The position numbers and the translations under genes were made by a program. Positions 18,712-28,713 of a DNA stretch of 64,000 bases are shown here, one piece after another; the stretch's first letter is position 1; each line of letters begins with the position of its first letter. The notes under the pieces were generated by a model, which did not search any database, was not told the DNA's origin, and worked only from the letters and a program-made list of their open reading frames with translations. The DNA lies in the NCBI GenBank assembly GCA_965222155.1, contig CBDCTH010000012.1:736001-800000 (forward strand), in the 5' to 3' direction. The stretch is from Gammaproteobacteria bacterium. GTDB taxonomy: Bacteria; Pseudomonadota; Gammaproteobacteria; Eutrophobiales; Eutrophobiaceae.

Positions 18712-21165
18712 ATGAATAACCGAGTGATACAAACCCCTTGCATCATCGCGATGGTGATTGCGACAATACTATTCACGGAGGCCACGGCAATCCTGAAGCC
18801 AGCCCATGCCCAGGGCAGGAGCAGCGCATTGCTCGAGGAAATTGTGGTCACCGCGCGCAAACGCGAAGAAAACCTCCAGGATGCCCCCATTGCCGTATCC
18901 GCGTTTACCGGAGACGCCCTGGACTTTCGCGGCGTCACGGAAATCGGCAAGCTGGACCAGTTTGTGCCTAACCTTGTCCTGAATGAATCAACTACTTATT
19001 CCAACGTCTCCAATGCCGCTGTATACATCCGTGGTATCGGGCAGAATGACTTTACGCCGGTGATCGACCCCGGTGTGGGCATCTATGTTGACGGCGTCTA
19101 CCTGGGCCGTTCCGTTGGCGCGGTATTGGATATCGTTGACGTGGATCGGATTGAGGTGTTGCGCGGACCGCAGGGCACACTATTCGGTCGCAACACCATC
19201 GGCGGCGCCATCAGTCTCAGCAGCAAAAAACCTGACGAAGAGTTCGGCGGCAAGGTGGATGTCAAGTACGGCACCGATGATCGCTTTAACGTCAGGGGTA
19301 CAGTCAACATTCCTTTTGGCGATAAGTTCTTCGCCCGTTTGTCGGCGGCCACCTTCCTGCAGGACGGCTATGTCACCCGTGTGGTTGACGGCAAGGACCT
19401 GGGAGACCAGGACGTAGTGGCCCTGCGTGGCGCACTGCGCTGGCTGCCTGCCAACAATCTTGATATCAACTGGTCCGTGGACTACAGTCGTGAGCGCGAA
19501 AACGGTAATCCTTTTGTTCTGGCCGGTATCCAACCGCTTAACGTCGGCATACTGACTGGCGGTGGTCCGTCCATGACCCTGGCGGCCAACACCCTGGCCG
19601 CGCAGTTGGCCACCGGCGGGCCGCCGTCAGTTCTTGGAGGCGAATTTTTTAATGTACTTCATCCCAGCGGGTTCCCGTTCCAGTTCCTGGCCTGCTTTTC
19701 ACCTCAGAATGCCAACAACCCCGTCTGTTTCAACCAGCAATATATAGACAATGGCGACAAGAAACTGAATTACAGCTCCGATCCCTCTTACCAGAAACTG
19801 GATGTCTGGGGCACGGGTCTGACCGTCGACTGGCAAATCAACGAGAAACTCAAGGTGAAGTCAATCAGTTCAATGCGTGGCTTTGAAGGTGACTTTGAAG
19901 GCGACCAGGATGGCTCTCCAATCCGGGTTTCCTACCTCATCGATATTTACCAGCACGAGCAGTTCAGTCAGGAGTTGCAACTGCTGGGAACCAGTTTTGC
20001 CGACCGCCTGGACTGGATAGTAGGCGGTTATTACTTTGAGGAAGACGGGAAGAACATCAACCCGGTGCGTTTTTCCCAGGTATACCTGCAATCCGGCGGG
20101 CATTATGACGCGGATTCCTGGGCGCTTTTTGCCCAGGGCACCTGGCACTTCACTGATCAACTGGACCTGACCTTCGGCCTGCGTTACACCGAGGATACCC
20201 GCGATTATCTGCCGGACCAGTACATCGAATTCCTGCCGACGGGACCCTTGCCCATACCGGGAACCAATATCGGCGACCGGCCGCTCCCGTATGAATGGAC
20301 CTCGAGTGGAACCTCGGAACTGGTGCCCATGGTGAACCTGTCCTACCGCTGGAATGAAAGCCTGATGACCTATTTCACTTATTCCGAAGGTTTCAAGTCC
20401 GGCGGTTATACGCAACGCATCTTCCCGCCTGAGGCCAGCACGCCGAGTTTTGATCCCGAGTTTGTCAAATCCTACGAAGGCGGTTTCAAGTTCGATGGCT
20501 GGAACGATCGGTTGCGCTTTAATGTCGCCGTCTTTTTTACCGATTACACCGACCTGCAATTGTTGGTGGCCGATCCGTCCCGACTCGGGCCTTTTGTCAG
20601 CAACGCCGGTGACGCGGAAGTCGTCGGGGTGGAGCTGGAAACGCTGCTGAACCCGGCGGAAGGCTGGTATATCACCGGCAGCGCGGGGATGACCGATATT
20701 GATCGCACCGCGCTGGGAGGCGGCGTACAGGGTTTAACCCTGGACAGCCCGTTCCAGCATATTTCCAAGTGGACGGCTAATGCCCAAATTTACAAGGAAT
20801 TCGCCATTGGTGACCTGGGTTACCTGACTCCCCGGTTTGAATGGTCTTATCGCACGGATTGGGGCACAAACTCAAACAACGTCCCTCGTGTGGGTGATGA
20901 CGTTCTGCCCGGCGGGCCGTTTGCCGGCGTACCGCTGAGTTTCGGCGTGCCCAATCCGGTTCTGGAAGAGGATGATCTGCACCTGCTCAACGCCAGCGTG
21001 CGCTGGGATGTGCGTAATTCCGGCTTGTCTGTTTCGGGTGGCGTGGACAACCTGACCGACGAAGAATACACCGTATTCGCCAATTACCAGGACGGCTTTG
21101 GTTTTACTCAACAAACGTTTGATCGCGGTCGGCAATGGTACATACAGGCTGGTTACGAGTTCTGA
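18712..21165 (+). CDS. TonB-dependent receptor
   Basis: LEEIVVTARKREENLQD, IEVLRGPQGTLFGRN, C-terminal GYEF. Confidence 0.93.
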   Translation: MNNRVIQTPCIIAMVIATILFTEATAILKPAHAQGRSSALLEEIVVTARKREENLQDAPIAVSAFTGDALDFRGVTEIGKLDQFVPNLVLNESTTYSNVSNAAVYIRGIGQNDFTPVIDPGVGIYVDGVYLGRSVGAVLDIVDVDRIEVLRGPQGTLFGRNTIGGAISLSSKKPDEEFGGKVDVKYGTDDRFNVRGTVNIPFGDKFFARLSAATFLQDGYVTRVVDGKDLGDQDVVALRGALRWLPANNLDINWSVDYSRERENGNPFVLAGIQPLNVGILTGGGPSMTLAANTLAAQLATGGPPSVLGGEFFNVLHPSGFPFQFLACFSPQNANNPVCFNQQYIDNGDKKLNYSSDPSYQKLDVWGTGLTVDWQINEKLKVKSISSMRGFEGDFEGDQDGSPIRVSYLIDIYQHEQFSQELQLLGTSFADRLDWIVGGYYFEEDGKNINPVRFSQVYLQSGGHYDADSWALFAQGTWHFTDQLDLTFGLRYTEDTRDYLPDQYIEFLPTGPLPIPGTNIGDRPLPYEWTSSGTSELVPMVNLSYRWNESLMTYFTYSEGFKSGGYTQRIFPPEASTPSFDPEFVKSYEGGFKFDGWNDRLRFNVAVFFTDYTDLQLLVADPSRLGPFVSNAGDAEVVGVELETLLNPAEGWYITGSAGMTDIDRTALGGGVQGLTLDSPFQHISKWTANAQIYKEFAIGDLGYLTPRFEWSYRTDWGTNSNNVPRVGDDVLPGGPFAGVPLSFGVPNPVLEEDDLHLLNASVRWDVRNSGLSVSGGVDNLTDEEYTVFANYQDGFGFTQQTFDRGRQWYIQAGYEF

Positions 21166-21291
21166 TTTGAGGAAAACAGGAGACAGATCAGGTTTTCCCT
21201 GTCATATGCCACAGAGGACAAAGAAATCACAGAGCGTATGTGTCGGGGTGTGACTGATAGTGTGGTCAAAATCGATGTATGTATATAACGC

Positions 21292-21321
21292 CGTAATTCC
21301 GGGCTTGACCCGGAATCCAGT
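21292..21321. repeat. REP family E copy (CGTxATTCCGG...CCGGAATCCAG)
   Basis: Same consensus at 31930, 41592, 44075. Confidence 0.7.
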
Positions 21322-21361
21322 GGATAAGCCTTCGTGTGGCCTTTTACGGAAATAACGTGGC

Positions 21362-22771
21362 GTGAACATCCTTGAATTGACGCTGGTCAAGGCGCTTGAA
21401 CTGATGCGGGCCAGGGAGTTCAGCGCAGTCGAGTACGTTCAGGCAATGTTGGAGCGTAACAGGGAGGCAGCTCATTTAAATGCAGTAATTTGCCTGGATG
21501 AACAGTCTGTGCTGGATTCCGCAGCACAACGGGACGGGCAACGACAGGATAATGACAATCCGGCGCTGCTCGGCGCTCCCCTGTTGCTGAAAGACAATAT
21601 CAACAGCGCTAACCTGCCCACCACAGGTTGTACGCCGGCGTTGACAGGTAATATCCCGCCGGCAAATGCCCCGATTGTCGGGACGTTACTCAATGCGGGC
21701 GTGGTCATCTTCGGCAAGGCAAACATGCACGAACTGGCCTTTGGCATCACCAATAACAATCCCACGTTCGGACCGGCCAGGAACCCTTATAACCCGAGCC
21801 TGATCCCGGGAGGCAGCAGTGGCGGCACCGCGTCTGCCGTCGCGGCAGGTATACTGCCTGCAGGGCTTGGCACGGATACCGGCGGGTCATCGCGCCTGCC
21901 TGCCGCTTTGTGCGGGATCTGCGGGTTCAGGCCAACCATAGGGCGTTATCCGACAACCGGGGTCATCCCGATTTCCACTACCCGGGATACGCCGGGACCC
22001 ATGGCCAGGGCGGTTGAGGATATACAGTTGCTGGACCGGGTCATGGCCGCCGATCAGGAACCCATTGAGGCAGTCAACCTGGCCGATGTAAGACTGGGAG
22101 TCCCCAGAGCTTACTATTATGAAAACCTGGAAACAGGCATGGTCAAGGTGATTGAGTCTACCCTTGAGTTGCTCGCCAGGTCATGCAAGGCACTGGTTGA
22201 AGTCGACCTGGAACGGGTAGCTGATTTAAACCACAAGGTGGGTTTCCCTGTAGCGCTGTACGAGGCCCGGCGCGACATGATGAAATACCTCGCTGGTTCC
22301 GCCCCCGGCATCTCCATCGAAGATGTACTTGCACAAATAGCCAGCCCGGACGTGAAAGAAATTTACCGCGCGGTAGTATCCGCTGAGGCTGTTACCGAGG
22401 CTGCGTACAGAGATGCAATAAACGTTCATCGTCCTGAGATGCAGGCGATATTTTCCGGCTATTTCGCCGATAACAACCTCGATGCGCTAGTCATCCCCAC
22501 AGTCACAATGACCGCGCCCCCCATAGGTCATGATAATACCGTTGAACTGAACGGAAGACAACAACCCACCATGGCGACGATAATTCGTAATACTGACCCT
22601 TCCAGCAACGTCGGTATACCCAGCCTGTCCGTTGCCGTCGGCCTGGCGGCAAACGGCCTGCCTATCGGAGTCTGCCTGGAAGGACCGGCGGGGTCTGATC
22701 GGAGGTTACTGGCCATCGGGAAGGCCCTTCAGGATGAGGTTGGTTTTTTACCGCGACCTGCTGTCAATTGA
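21362..22771 (+). CDS. Amidase-signature hydrolase (indoleacetamide/mandelamide hydrolase-like)
   Basis: LLKDNI, GKANMHELAFG, GGSSGG, GTDTGGSSRLPA. Confidence 0.9.
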   Translation: MNILELTLVKALELMRAREFSAVEYVQAMLERNREAAHLNAVICLDEQSVLDSAAQRDGQRQDNDNPALLGAPLLLKDNINSANLPTTGCTPALTGNIPPANAPIVGTLLNAGVVIFGKANMHELAFGITNNNPTFGPARNPYNPSLIPGGSSGGTASAVAAGILPAGLGTDTGGSSRLPAALCGICGFRPTIGRYPTTGVIPISTTRDTPGPMARAVEDIQLLDRVMAADQEPIEAVNLADVRLGVPRAYYYENLETGMVKVIESTLELLARSCKALVEVDLERVADLNHKVGFPVALYEARRDMMKYLAGSAPGISIEDVLAQIASPDVKEIYRAVVSAEAVTEAAYRDAINVHRPEMQAIFSGYFADNNLDALVIPTVTMTAPPIGHDNTVELNGRQQPTMATIIRNTDPSSNVGIPSLSVAVGLAANGLPIGVCLEGPAGSDRRLLAIGKALQDEVGFLPRPAVN

Positions 22772-23799
22772 TGATGCACAATTTCTATCAACTTCCCGTG
22801 ACGGAGCTGGAACAGCGTTATGAAGCCCTGGTGCGTGACGCGTTGCCCCTATGGAATATTGATCGCACGTCAGTGTTGAGATTGTTCAAGGTACGTGAGA
22901 ATGCCGTGTACGAGGTAATTGACCAGGCTACGGCTGCCAGATACGTTGTCCGCGTCCACCGGGCGAATTACCACAGTGACGCCGAGCTCCGCTCCGAATG
23001 GCAGTGGATAGGCAGTCTGAGGGAATACGGAGTACTGACGCCTGTCCTGCGCCGTTCAAGTTATAACCGCATGTTTGAAATGGTGGAGTCGACCGCGGTC
23101 CCGGAGCCACGCCAGGTTGATATCGTCGACTGGATAGAAGGTAAGCAGTTGGGAAGCGTTGAGGCGGGATTGGAAGGTACTGCGAGTGAGATATGCGAAC
23201 AGTTTATGACCCTGGGCAGCATCATGGCCAGGATGCACAACCATGTCGAACATTGGCGTGAACCGGCAGGTTTTACCCGCCATGCCTGGGACGTTGACGG
23301 TCTTACCGGAGATCAACCTTTCTGGGGACGCTTCTGGGAATTACCGGCCCTGAGTGCCTGGCAGAAAGACAGGATGATCAAGGTGAGGGACAAATTACGT
23401 GTCGAACTGACTGAATTTGGCGCGGCCCCGGACAGATACGGCTTAATCCATGCAGACCTGGTGTTTGAAAACATCCTGACAGGCGCAGATGGGGTACGGG
23501 TTATTGATTTCGATGACTGCGGCTACGGCTGGCACTTGTTTGATCTCGTTACCGCAATCATTTTCCTGCACGGCACAGAACATTTTGCCGTGGCGAAACA
23601 AACGCTGATTGCGGGTTACCGGAAAAACAGAACTCTGACGGATGAGCATTTAGCCTGGCTGCCGGTCATTCTCATGGCGCGGGCGACCACCTACCTCGGT
23701 TGGATGCATACCCGTTCCGAAACGGAAACAGCGAGGGAAATGACCCCGTACATCATCGAACTGGTTTTGAACCTCGCGGAAAATTACCTGAGTGTCTGA
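22768..23799 (+). CDS. APH/choline-kinase family small-molecule phosphotransferase
   Basis: RENAVY, GLIHADL, IDFDDCGYGW; overlaps the amidase stop. Confidence 0.88.
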   Translation: MMMHNFYQLPVTELEQRYEALVRDALPLWNIDRTSVLRLFKVRENAVYEVIDQATAARYVVRVHRANYHSDAELRSEWQWIGSLREYGVLTPVLRRSSYNRMFEMVESTAVPEPRQVDIVDWIEGKQLGSVEAGLEGTASEICEQFMTLGSIMARMHNHVEHWREPAGFTRHAWDVDGLTGDQPFWGRFWELPALSAWQKDRMIKVRDKLRVELTEFGAAPDRYGLIHADLVFENILTGADGVRVIDFDDCGYGWHLFDLVTAIIFLHGTEHFAVAKQTLIAGYRKNRTLTDEHLAWLPVILMARATTYLGWMHTRSETETAREMTPYIIELVLNLAENYLSV

Positions 23800-25165
23800 A
23801 CAGGCTCTGCAAAGAACGGCGCTCATTGTCGTCTGCCTGGGTGCATTTATCACCCCGTTGATGCTGTCGGCCGTAAACGTGGCCATCCCCACTATCGCGC
23901 AGGGATTAAAAATGGACGCGATAACAGCGAGCTGGGTCCCATTGGCTTACCTGTTATCAAGCAGCGTTTTTTTATTACCGTTCGGCCGGCTTGGCGATAT
24001 GTATGGACGCAAGAAAATGTTCCTGTCAGGAATGATAACGGTGACCATTGCTTCCATTCTTGCATCAATTGCCCCATCGGCACTGTTTCTGATCCTGGGC
24101 AGGATGTTGCAGGGGATGGGGGCAGCCATGTTGTTCGGTACCGGCATTGCCATCCTGTCTTCCGTTTTTCCCCCGGAGAAACGCGGAAGGGTGTTGGGGC
24201 TGTCAGTTTCTTCGGTTTACCTGGGACTGACCTGCGGGCCTTTTGCCGGTGGCTGGGTCACCCAGCATTTCGGTTGGCGCAGTGTGTTTATATTCCACAT
24301 CCCGGTGGTCGTCCTGGTCATTGTCCTGGCACTGCTGAATTTAAAGGGGGAGTGGCGCGGTCCGTCCGGGCAGAAATTCGATTTTCCCGGCACGTTTATC
24401 TACGGCGCGACCGTGATTGCCCTCATGTACGGCTTTTCGACCCTGCCTGGTCCCTCCGGGTTTGCCTTGATCCTGCTGAGCGGAATCGGCTTTGTCGTTT
24501 TTTTCAGGTACGAAAAGCGGCTGCAGCATCCCCTCTTCAATGTCAACCTGTTTTCTGAAAATCCGGTGTTTACCTATTCCTGTATAGCCGCGCTCATTAT
24601 GTATTCATCCACATTTTCTATGACGTTTCTTATGAGTCTGTACCTGCAGAATATCAGGGGGTTTACGCCACAGTCTGCCGGGCTGATAATGATCTCCCAG
24701 CCCCTGGTCATGACGTTGTTTTCTCCGCTTGCAGGCAGAATGTCGGATCGCCATGAACCGCGCTTCATTGCTTCTTCGGGGATGGGTCTGACGGCAATCG
24801 GCCTGGCCTTGCTGGCTACGGAAAACCCGCAGACACCAACCGTATTTATCGTGCTGACTTTAATGCTCACAGGTCTGGGATTTGCCTTGTTCAGCTCTCC
24901 GAACACCAATGCCATCCTGAGTTCGGTGGACAGGAAATACCTGGGCGCGGCCTCCGGGACGGTGGCGACCACACGCGTTATCGGTCAGATGTTCAGCATG
25001 GGCATCGTGACATTAATCTTTGCCCTGATGTTAGGCCCCGTGCAGTTCACACCGGAGCAACACGGTCAATTACTCGCCAGTATCAACACCAGCTTTATAG
25101 TGACATCCCTGCTTTGTTTTATCGGTGTCTATTTTTCACTTAAGAGAGGAAACCTGCGCGTCTGA
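23792..25165 (+). CDS. MFS transporter (DHA2-like)
   Basis: GRLGDMYGRKK motif A, many hydrophobic helices. Confidence 0.92.
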   Translation: MSEQALQRTALIVVCLGAFITPLMLSAVNVAIPTIAQGLKMDAITASWVPLAYLLSSSVFLLPFGRLGDMYGRKKMFLSGMITVTIASILASIAPSALFLILGRMLQGMGAAMLFGTGIAILSSVFPPEKRGRVLGLSVSSVYLGLTCGPFAGGWVTQHFGWRSVFIFHIPVVVLVIVLALLNLKGEWRGPSGQKFDFPGTFIYGATVIALMYGFSTLPGPSGFALILLSGIGFVVFFRYEKRLQHPLFNVNLFSENPVFTYSCIAALIMYSSTFSMTFLMSLYLQNIRGFTPQSAGLIMISQPLVMTLFSPLAGRMSDRHEPRFIASSGMGLTAIGLALLATENPQTPTVFIVLTLMLTGLGFALFSSPNTNAILSSVDRKYLGAASGTVATTRVIGQMFSMGIVTLIFALMLGPVQFTPEQHGQLLASINTSFIVTSLLCFIGVYFSLKRGNLRV

Positions 25166-25167
25166 CG

Positions 25168-25734
25168 TCAATACCAGGGAGACATGCTGTAGTCCAGGGG
25201 CAGGTCATCATAATGGCCCATGGTGGTGGTAAATGCCCGGTTTGAGTAGAGCAGGGGTTTCTTGCCGCCATTGACGATCACGTCCTTTACCTCGCCTATA
25301 ATGACCGCATGGGTGTGAGCGACCAGCATTTCTTCTACAGTGCAATCAAAACCTGCCAGGGCCTCCTCCAGCACCGGCGCGCCGGTTACCAGTTCAGTCC
25401 ATTTGCCGTAGTTAAAACGATCTTCACGCTTATCACCAAGCATGTCGGCAAAACGTTTAGCCAGCGTTTCCTGGCTCTGCGCCAGCACGTTGACGCTCAT
25501 GCAACGACTTTCCGCTATATGCTGAAAGCTGTTGCCGCTGAAATTCACACAGGCCAGGAGGCGCGGGGGCTCAGTCGAAAAAGAACAGACAGCACTCGCG
25601 GTCAATCCCGACCTGACCTCGCCATTGCGGGTGGCGATAATGTTCACAGCGCCGGTCAACAGGGCCATGCCGGAGCGAAACCGGTCAGCGTCGATATTGG
25701 TATCTCGAAGAAATTTTTTCATAGTCATTATCAA
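25168..25734 (-). CDS. Flavin reductase (HpaC/RutF-like)
   Basis: FRSGMALL, GLTASAVCS, EPPRLL, GAPVL, THAVIIG. Confidence 0.9.
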   Translation of the reverse strand: MIMTMKKFLRDTNIDADRFRSGMALLTGAVNIIATRNGEVRSGLTASAVCSFSTEPPRLLACVNFSGNSFQHIAESRCMSVNVLAQSQETLAKRFADMLGDKREDRFNYGKWTELVTGAPVLEEALAGFDCTVEEMLVAHTHAVIIGEVKDVIVNGGKKPLLYSNRAFTTTMGHYDDLPLDYSMSPWY

Positions 25735-25781
25735 CTGGATAATCCACGCTGATTATCAATGATCAGCGGGATAATTTAAAC

Positions 25782-26026
25782 AAGCCTGGATTTCTCACCA
25801 GGCCGCTTGTTGCTATCGGAAACATGTTTGCTGTCAATGGATTATAGTAGTATCCCCACTTTTTCGACATTACAGACTGCGCTTGATGCGCCCTTGCTTG
25901 TCTTTTTTGCGCCAGTGGGCACGTGCTCCCTCAACCAGAGCTACTGCTATGCTTTCGGTCGCAGGCACCCACTGGCGCAAAAAATCCGGCGCAAACATCG
26001 CATCGCCTGGTGAGAAATCCGGGCTA
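25782..26026. mobile_element. MITE family A copy 1 (245 bp)
   Basis: TIR GCC(T/C)GGATTTCTCACCAGG; colinear with 48404-48648. Confidence 0.85.
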
Positions 26027-26122
26027 GCCGTTTCTCACACTCCAGGCAATGTTTCACATTGCCGCCAAGGTTATGGTACGGTAAGTGCCGTTGACTTGCT
26101 ATAAGACCAGAGAGGACGAACA

Positions 26123-26203
26123 ATGCTCAGAACAGGTAAAGAATATCTGGAATCAGTACGCGACGGTCGCCGCGTCCTTTGTGGTGGTGAATGGAATGAA
26201 TAA
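26123..26203 (+). pseudogene. N-terminal remnant of an HpaB-family (4-hydroxyphenylacetate 3-hydroxylase type) monooxygenase
   Basis: GAGG RBS then MLRTGKEYLESVRDGRRVLCGGEWNE*; matches the family's N-terminal pattern; divergent from a flavin reductase. Confidence 0.7.
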
Positions 26204-26993
26204 TACCCGTGCATCTGCGAAGTATATGGCATTCCTGGAGACGTTGGTCGAACAGGCCGGGGAGATTGCACTGAAATATTTCCGCAGTGAACTGACGGTA
26301 ACCGATAAACGCCAGAAGGGAAAAGCATTTGACCCTGTCACCCAGGCGGACAGGGAAACAGAGAGGTTCATCCGGGAGAGGATCGCTGCCGTTTATCCGG
26401 GTCATGCCATTATCGGTGAGGAGTTCGGTACAAAAGTGGGGGCGGATTCATTTACCTGGCTGGTTGATCCCATTGACGGCACCCGGGGGTTTATTTCAGG
26501 CACCCCCATGTGGGGAGTGTTGATAGGTCTGAAACGGGCTGATGAATGCCTGGTCGGCGCCATGCGCCAACCCTATACCGCGGAAACCTGGGTAGGTGAC
26601 GGCAAGTCGGCTTATTTCATACGCCGGCATGAACGCACCCGTATCAGAGTACGGGGGAGCGCAAGCCTGGATGAAGCCATCGTGTGTTGCACTCATCCCG
26701 CCATGTACCCGACTGATGAAACACGGGAAAAATTTATGGGCGTCATCGACGTATGCCGCTTTTCCCGTTATGGAACGGAGTGTCTGGGCTACGGGATGCT
26801 GGCGAGCGGTTACGTTGACCTGGTTGTCGAAGGAGGACTGGCGGCCTATGACATTATGCCCCTGATCCCTGTTGTTGAAGGCGCCGGTGGTATCATTACC
26901 GACTGGCAGGGCAATACGGCCATAAATGGTGGGCTGATAGTTGCCGCGGCGAGCAAAAAGTTACACGAAGGAGTCCTGGATTTATTGAACTGA
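26196..26993 (+). CDS. hisN: Histidinol-phosphatase, inositol monophosphatase family
   Basis: DPVTQADRE, GEE, WLVDPIDGT, YDIMPLIPVVEGAGG. Confidence 0.8.
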   Translation: MNNTRASAKYMAFLETLVEQAGEIALKYFRSELTVTDKRQKGKAFDPVTQADRETERFIRERIAAVYPGHAIIGEEFGTKVGADSFTWLVDPIDGTRGFISGTPMWGVLIGLKRADECLVGAMRQPYTAETWVGDGKSAYFIRRHERTRIRVRGSASLDEAIVCCTHPAMYPTDETREKFMGVIDVCRFSRYGTECLGYGMLASGYVDLVVEGGLAAYDIMPLIPVVEGAGGIITDWQGNTAINGGLIVAAASKKLHEGVLDLLN

Positions 26994-27043
26994 ATGCTGT
27001 TTGTGGTAACCTGTGCCGTCCGTAGTTCCATTTATATATCAGA

Positions 27044-27535
27044 ATGGCCATGATAGAAGAACTTCTCCTCAACAACAGACGCTATGCCGATAATTTTGAC
27101 AAAGGCGACCTGCCCTTGCCGCCTGCGCGTAAACTGGCGATCGTGGCCTGTATGGATGCCCGTCTGGACCCTCACCGGGTCCTGGGCCTTGAAGAAGGTG
27201 ACGCACACGTGATACGTAACGCCGGCGGCGTGGTCAGCGACGACGTAATCCGCTCACTGGTTATTTCCCAGCGCTTGCTCGGTACCCGGGAAATCGCGTT
27301 AATCCACCATACGGATTGCGGGATGCTGACTTTTCGCGATGATGAGATCAAAGACGGTATCGAAGCAGATACCGGCCTGCGCCCGGCGTTCGCGCTGGAG
27401 GCATTCAGGGACCTTGAGCAGAATGTACGCCAGTCGATGTCTCGTATCCACGCGAGCCCGTTCATACCCCATAAAGATCAGGTTCGCGGTTTCATCTACG
27501 ACTGCGCCACGGGTCGACTCAACGAGGTTTCCTGA
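27044..27535 (+). CDS. Beta-class carbonic anhydrase
   Basis: CMDAR, IRNAGG, HHTDCG zinc ligands. Confidence 0.93.
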   Translation: MAMIEELLLNNRRYADNFDKGDLPLPPARKLAIVACMDARLDPHRVLGLEEGDAHVIRNAGGVVSDDVIRSLVISQRLLGTREIALIHHTDCGMLTFRDDEIKDGIEADTGLRPAFALEAFRDLEQNVRQSMSRIHASPFIPHKDQVRGFIYDCATGRLNEVS

Positions 27536-27645
27536 TAATAAACAGGGGAGATTGTCTGTTTCGACAATCCTCTCAAACCACAGGTTACCCGAGGTGGTTC
27601 ATCCTTTATCAGTGCATACCTGCTTAATCTGCGGATAATACGTTT

Positions 27646-28713
27646 ATGAAGAGGATTATTAAATTATTGGTTATCTGTTATGCCGCGCTTGCTTACGGTC
27701 AGGAAGACGGGTACCAGGCAGCTCTGGTGATGTATACGGAAGCAATAGAAAAACCTGTCGAACAGGTGGTGCAACTGCCGGGTTACGTCGAGGCGCCCAA
27801 CGTCAGTATACTTGCCAGTGAAACAGATGGGCTGGTTACGGAACTCAAGGTAAGGGAAGGGGATCGGGTGGCCAGGGGTCAAGCCCTGGTGATGCTCCGC
27901 ACCACGCCGTTGGAATTGAAACTGCAGGCTGCGCAAGCCCGCTTGAAAGAAGCCCGGGCACGGGAAAAGCTGGCGGAAAAAAACCTGGAACGGTTCAGGG
28001 GTCTGGCTGAATCAAAGACCATATCGCTTCAGCAACTTGATGAATCACAATATGAATACGATGCCTGGCAGAGCCGTATCGAAACATTGCGCGCAGAGAT
28101 TGCGAGTATTCAATTTGATATAAAACGGAGCACGATCCGTGCGCCGTTTAATGGTGTAGTGGTTTCCCGCCATACTGAAGTCGGGCAGTGGAGTAACGTC
28201 GGCGACAGCGTGTTGGAAGTTTTGTCTACGGATATTCAGGAAGTTCACGTGGATGTCCCGGAAAAATATTTCAATGATATTAAAGTTGGTGAGGAGGTGA
28301 GCGTTACCTTCGACTCTTTTCCCGGCCAGACTTATCCAGCCTATATACGCACATTTATTCCCAGGATGGATACCAGTGCCCATACTTTTACAGTGAAACT
28401 GCGGTTAAGCAATTCCAGCGAAAATATCGGTGCCGGGATGCTCGCACGGGTGACGTTTGCACTGGGACAATCCAGGGTAGGCACGCTGGTTCCCAAGGAT
28501 GCCATCGTGCAGCAGGGTGGTATTACTGTGGTGTACCTGGTCAAAGGAGGCAGCGCCATCCCGGCGCCGGTGACGCCCGGCACCGCCATGGGGTTGTGGA
28601 CAGTGGTAGACGGCGATGTTTTCCCGGGAGATAAGGTGATTACCCGCGGTAATGAACGATTACAGCCCGGCCAGCCCGTGCAGGGCGAAGTGATTCAATA
28701 CCTGTCCCCATGA
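27646..28713 (+). CDS. RND efflux periplasmic adaptor subunit
   Basis: VREGDRV, coiled hairpin, IRAPFNGVV, VPKDAI. Confidence 0.92.
   Translation: MKRIIKLLVICYAALAYGQEDGYQAALVMYTEAIEKPVEQVVQLPGYVEAPNVSILASETDGLVTELKVREGDRVARGQALVMLRTTPLELKLQAAQARLKEARAREKLAEKNLERFRGLAESKTISLQQLDESQYEYDAWQSRIETLRAEIASIQFDIKRSTIRAPFNGVVVSRHTEVGQWSNVGDSVLEVLSTDIQEVHVDVPEKYFNDIKVGEEVSVTFDSFPGQTYPAYIRTFIPRMDTSAHTFTVKLRLSNSSENIGAGMLARVTFALGQSRVGTLVPKDAIVQQGGITVVYLVKGGSAIPAPVTPGTAMGLWTVVDGDVFPGDKVITRGNERLQPGQPVQGEVIQYLSP

Noticed and set aside
25883-26104. Similar small ORFs here and at 48505-48822 (MMRP.LSF.RQ) as a novel protein family
   Set aside because: Both are readings through copies of the same MITE
26085-26195. 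N-terminal extension of the hisN-like protein
   Set aside because: Better explained by the HpaB-like stub in another frame with its own RBS
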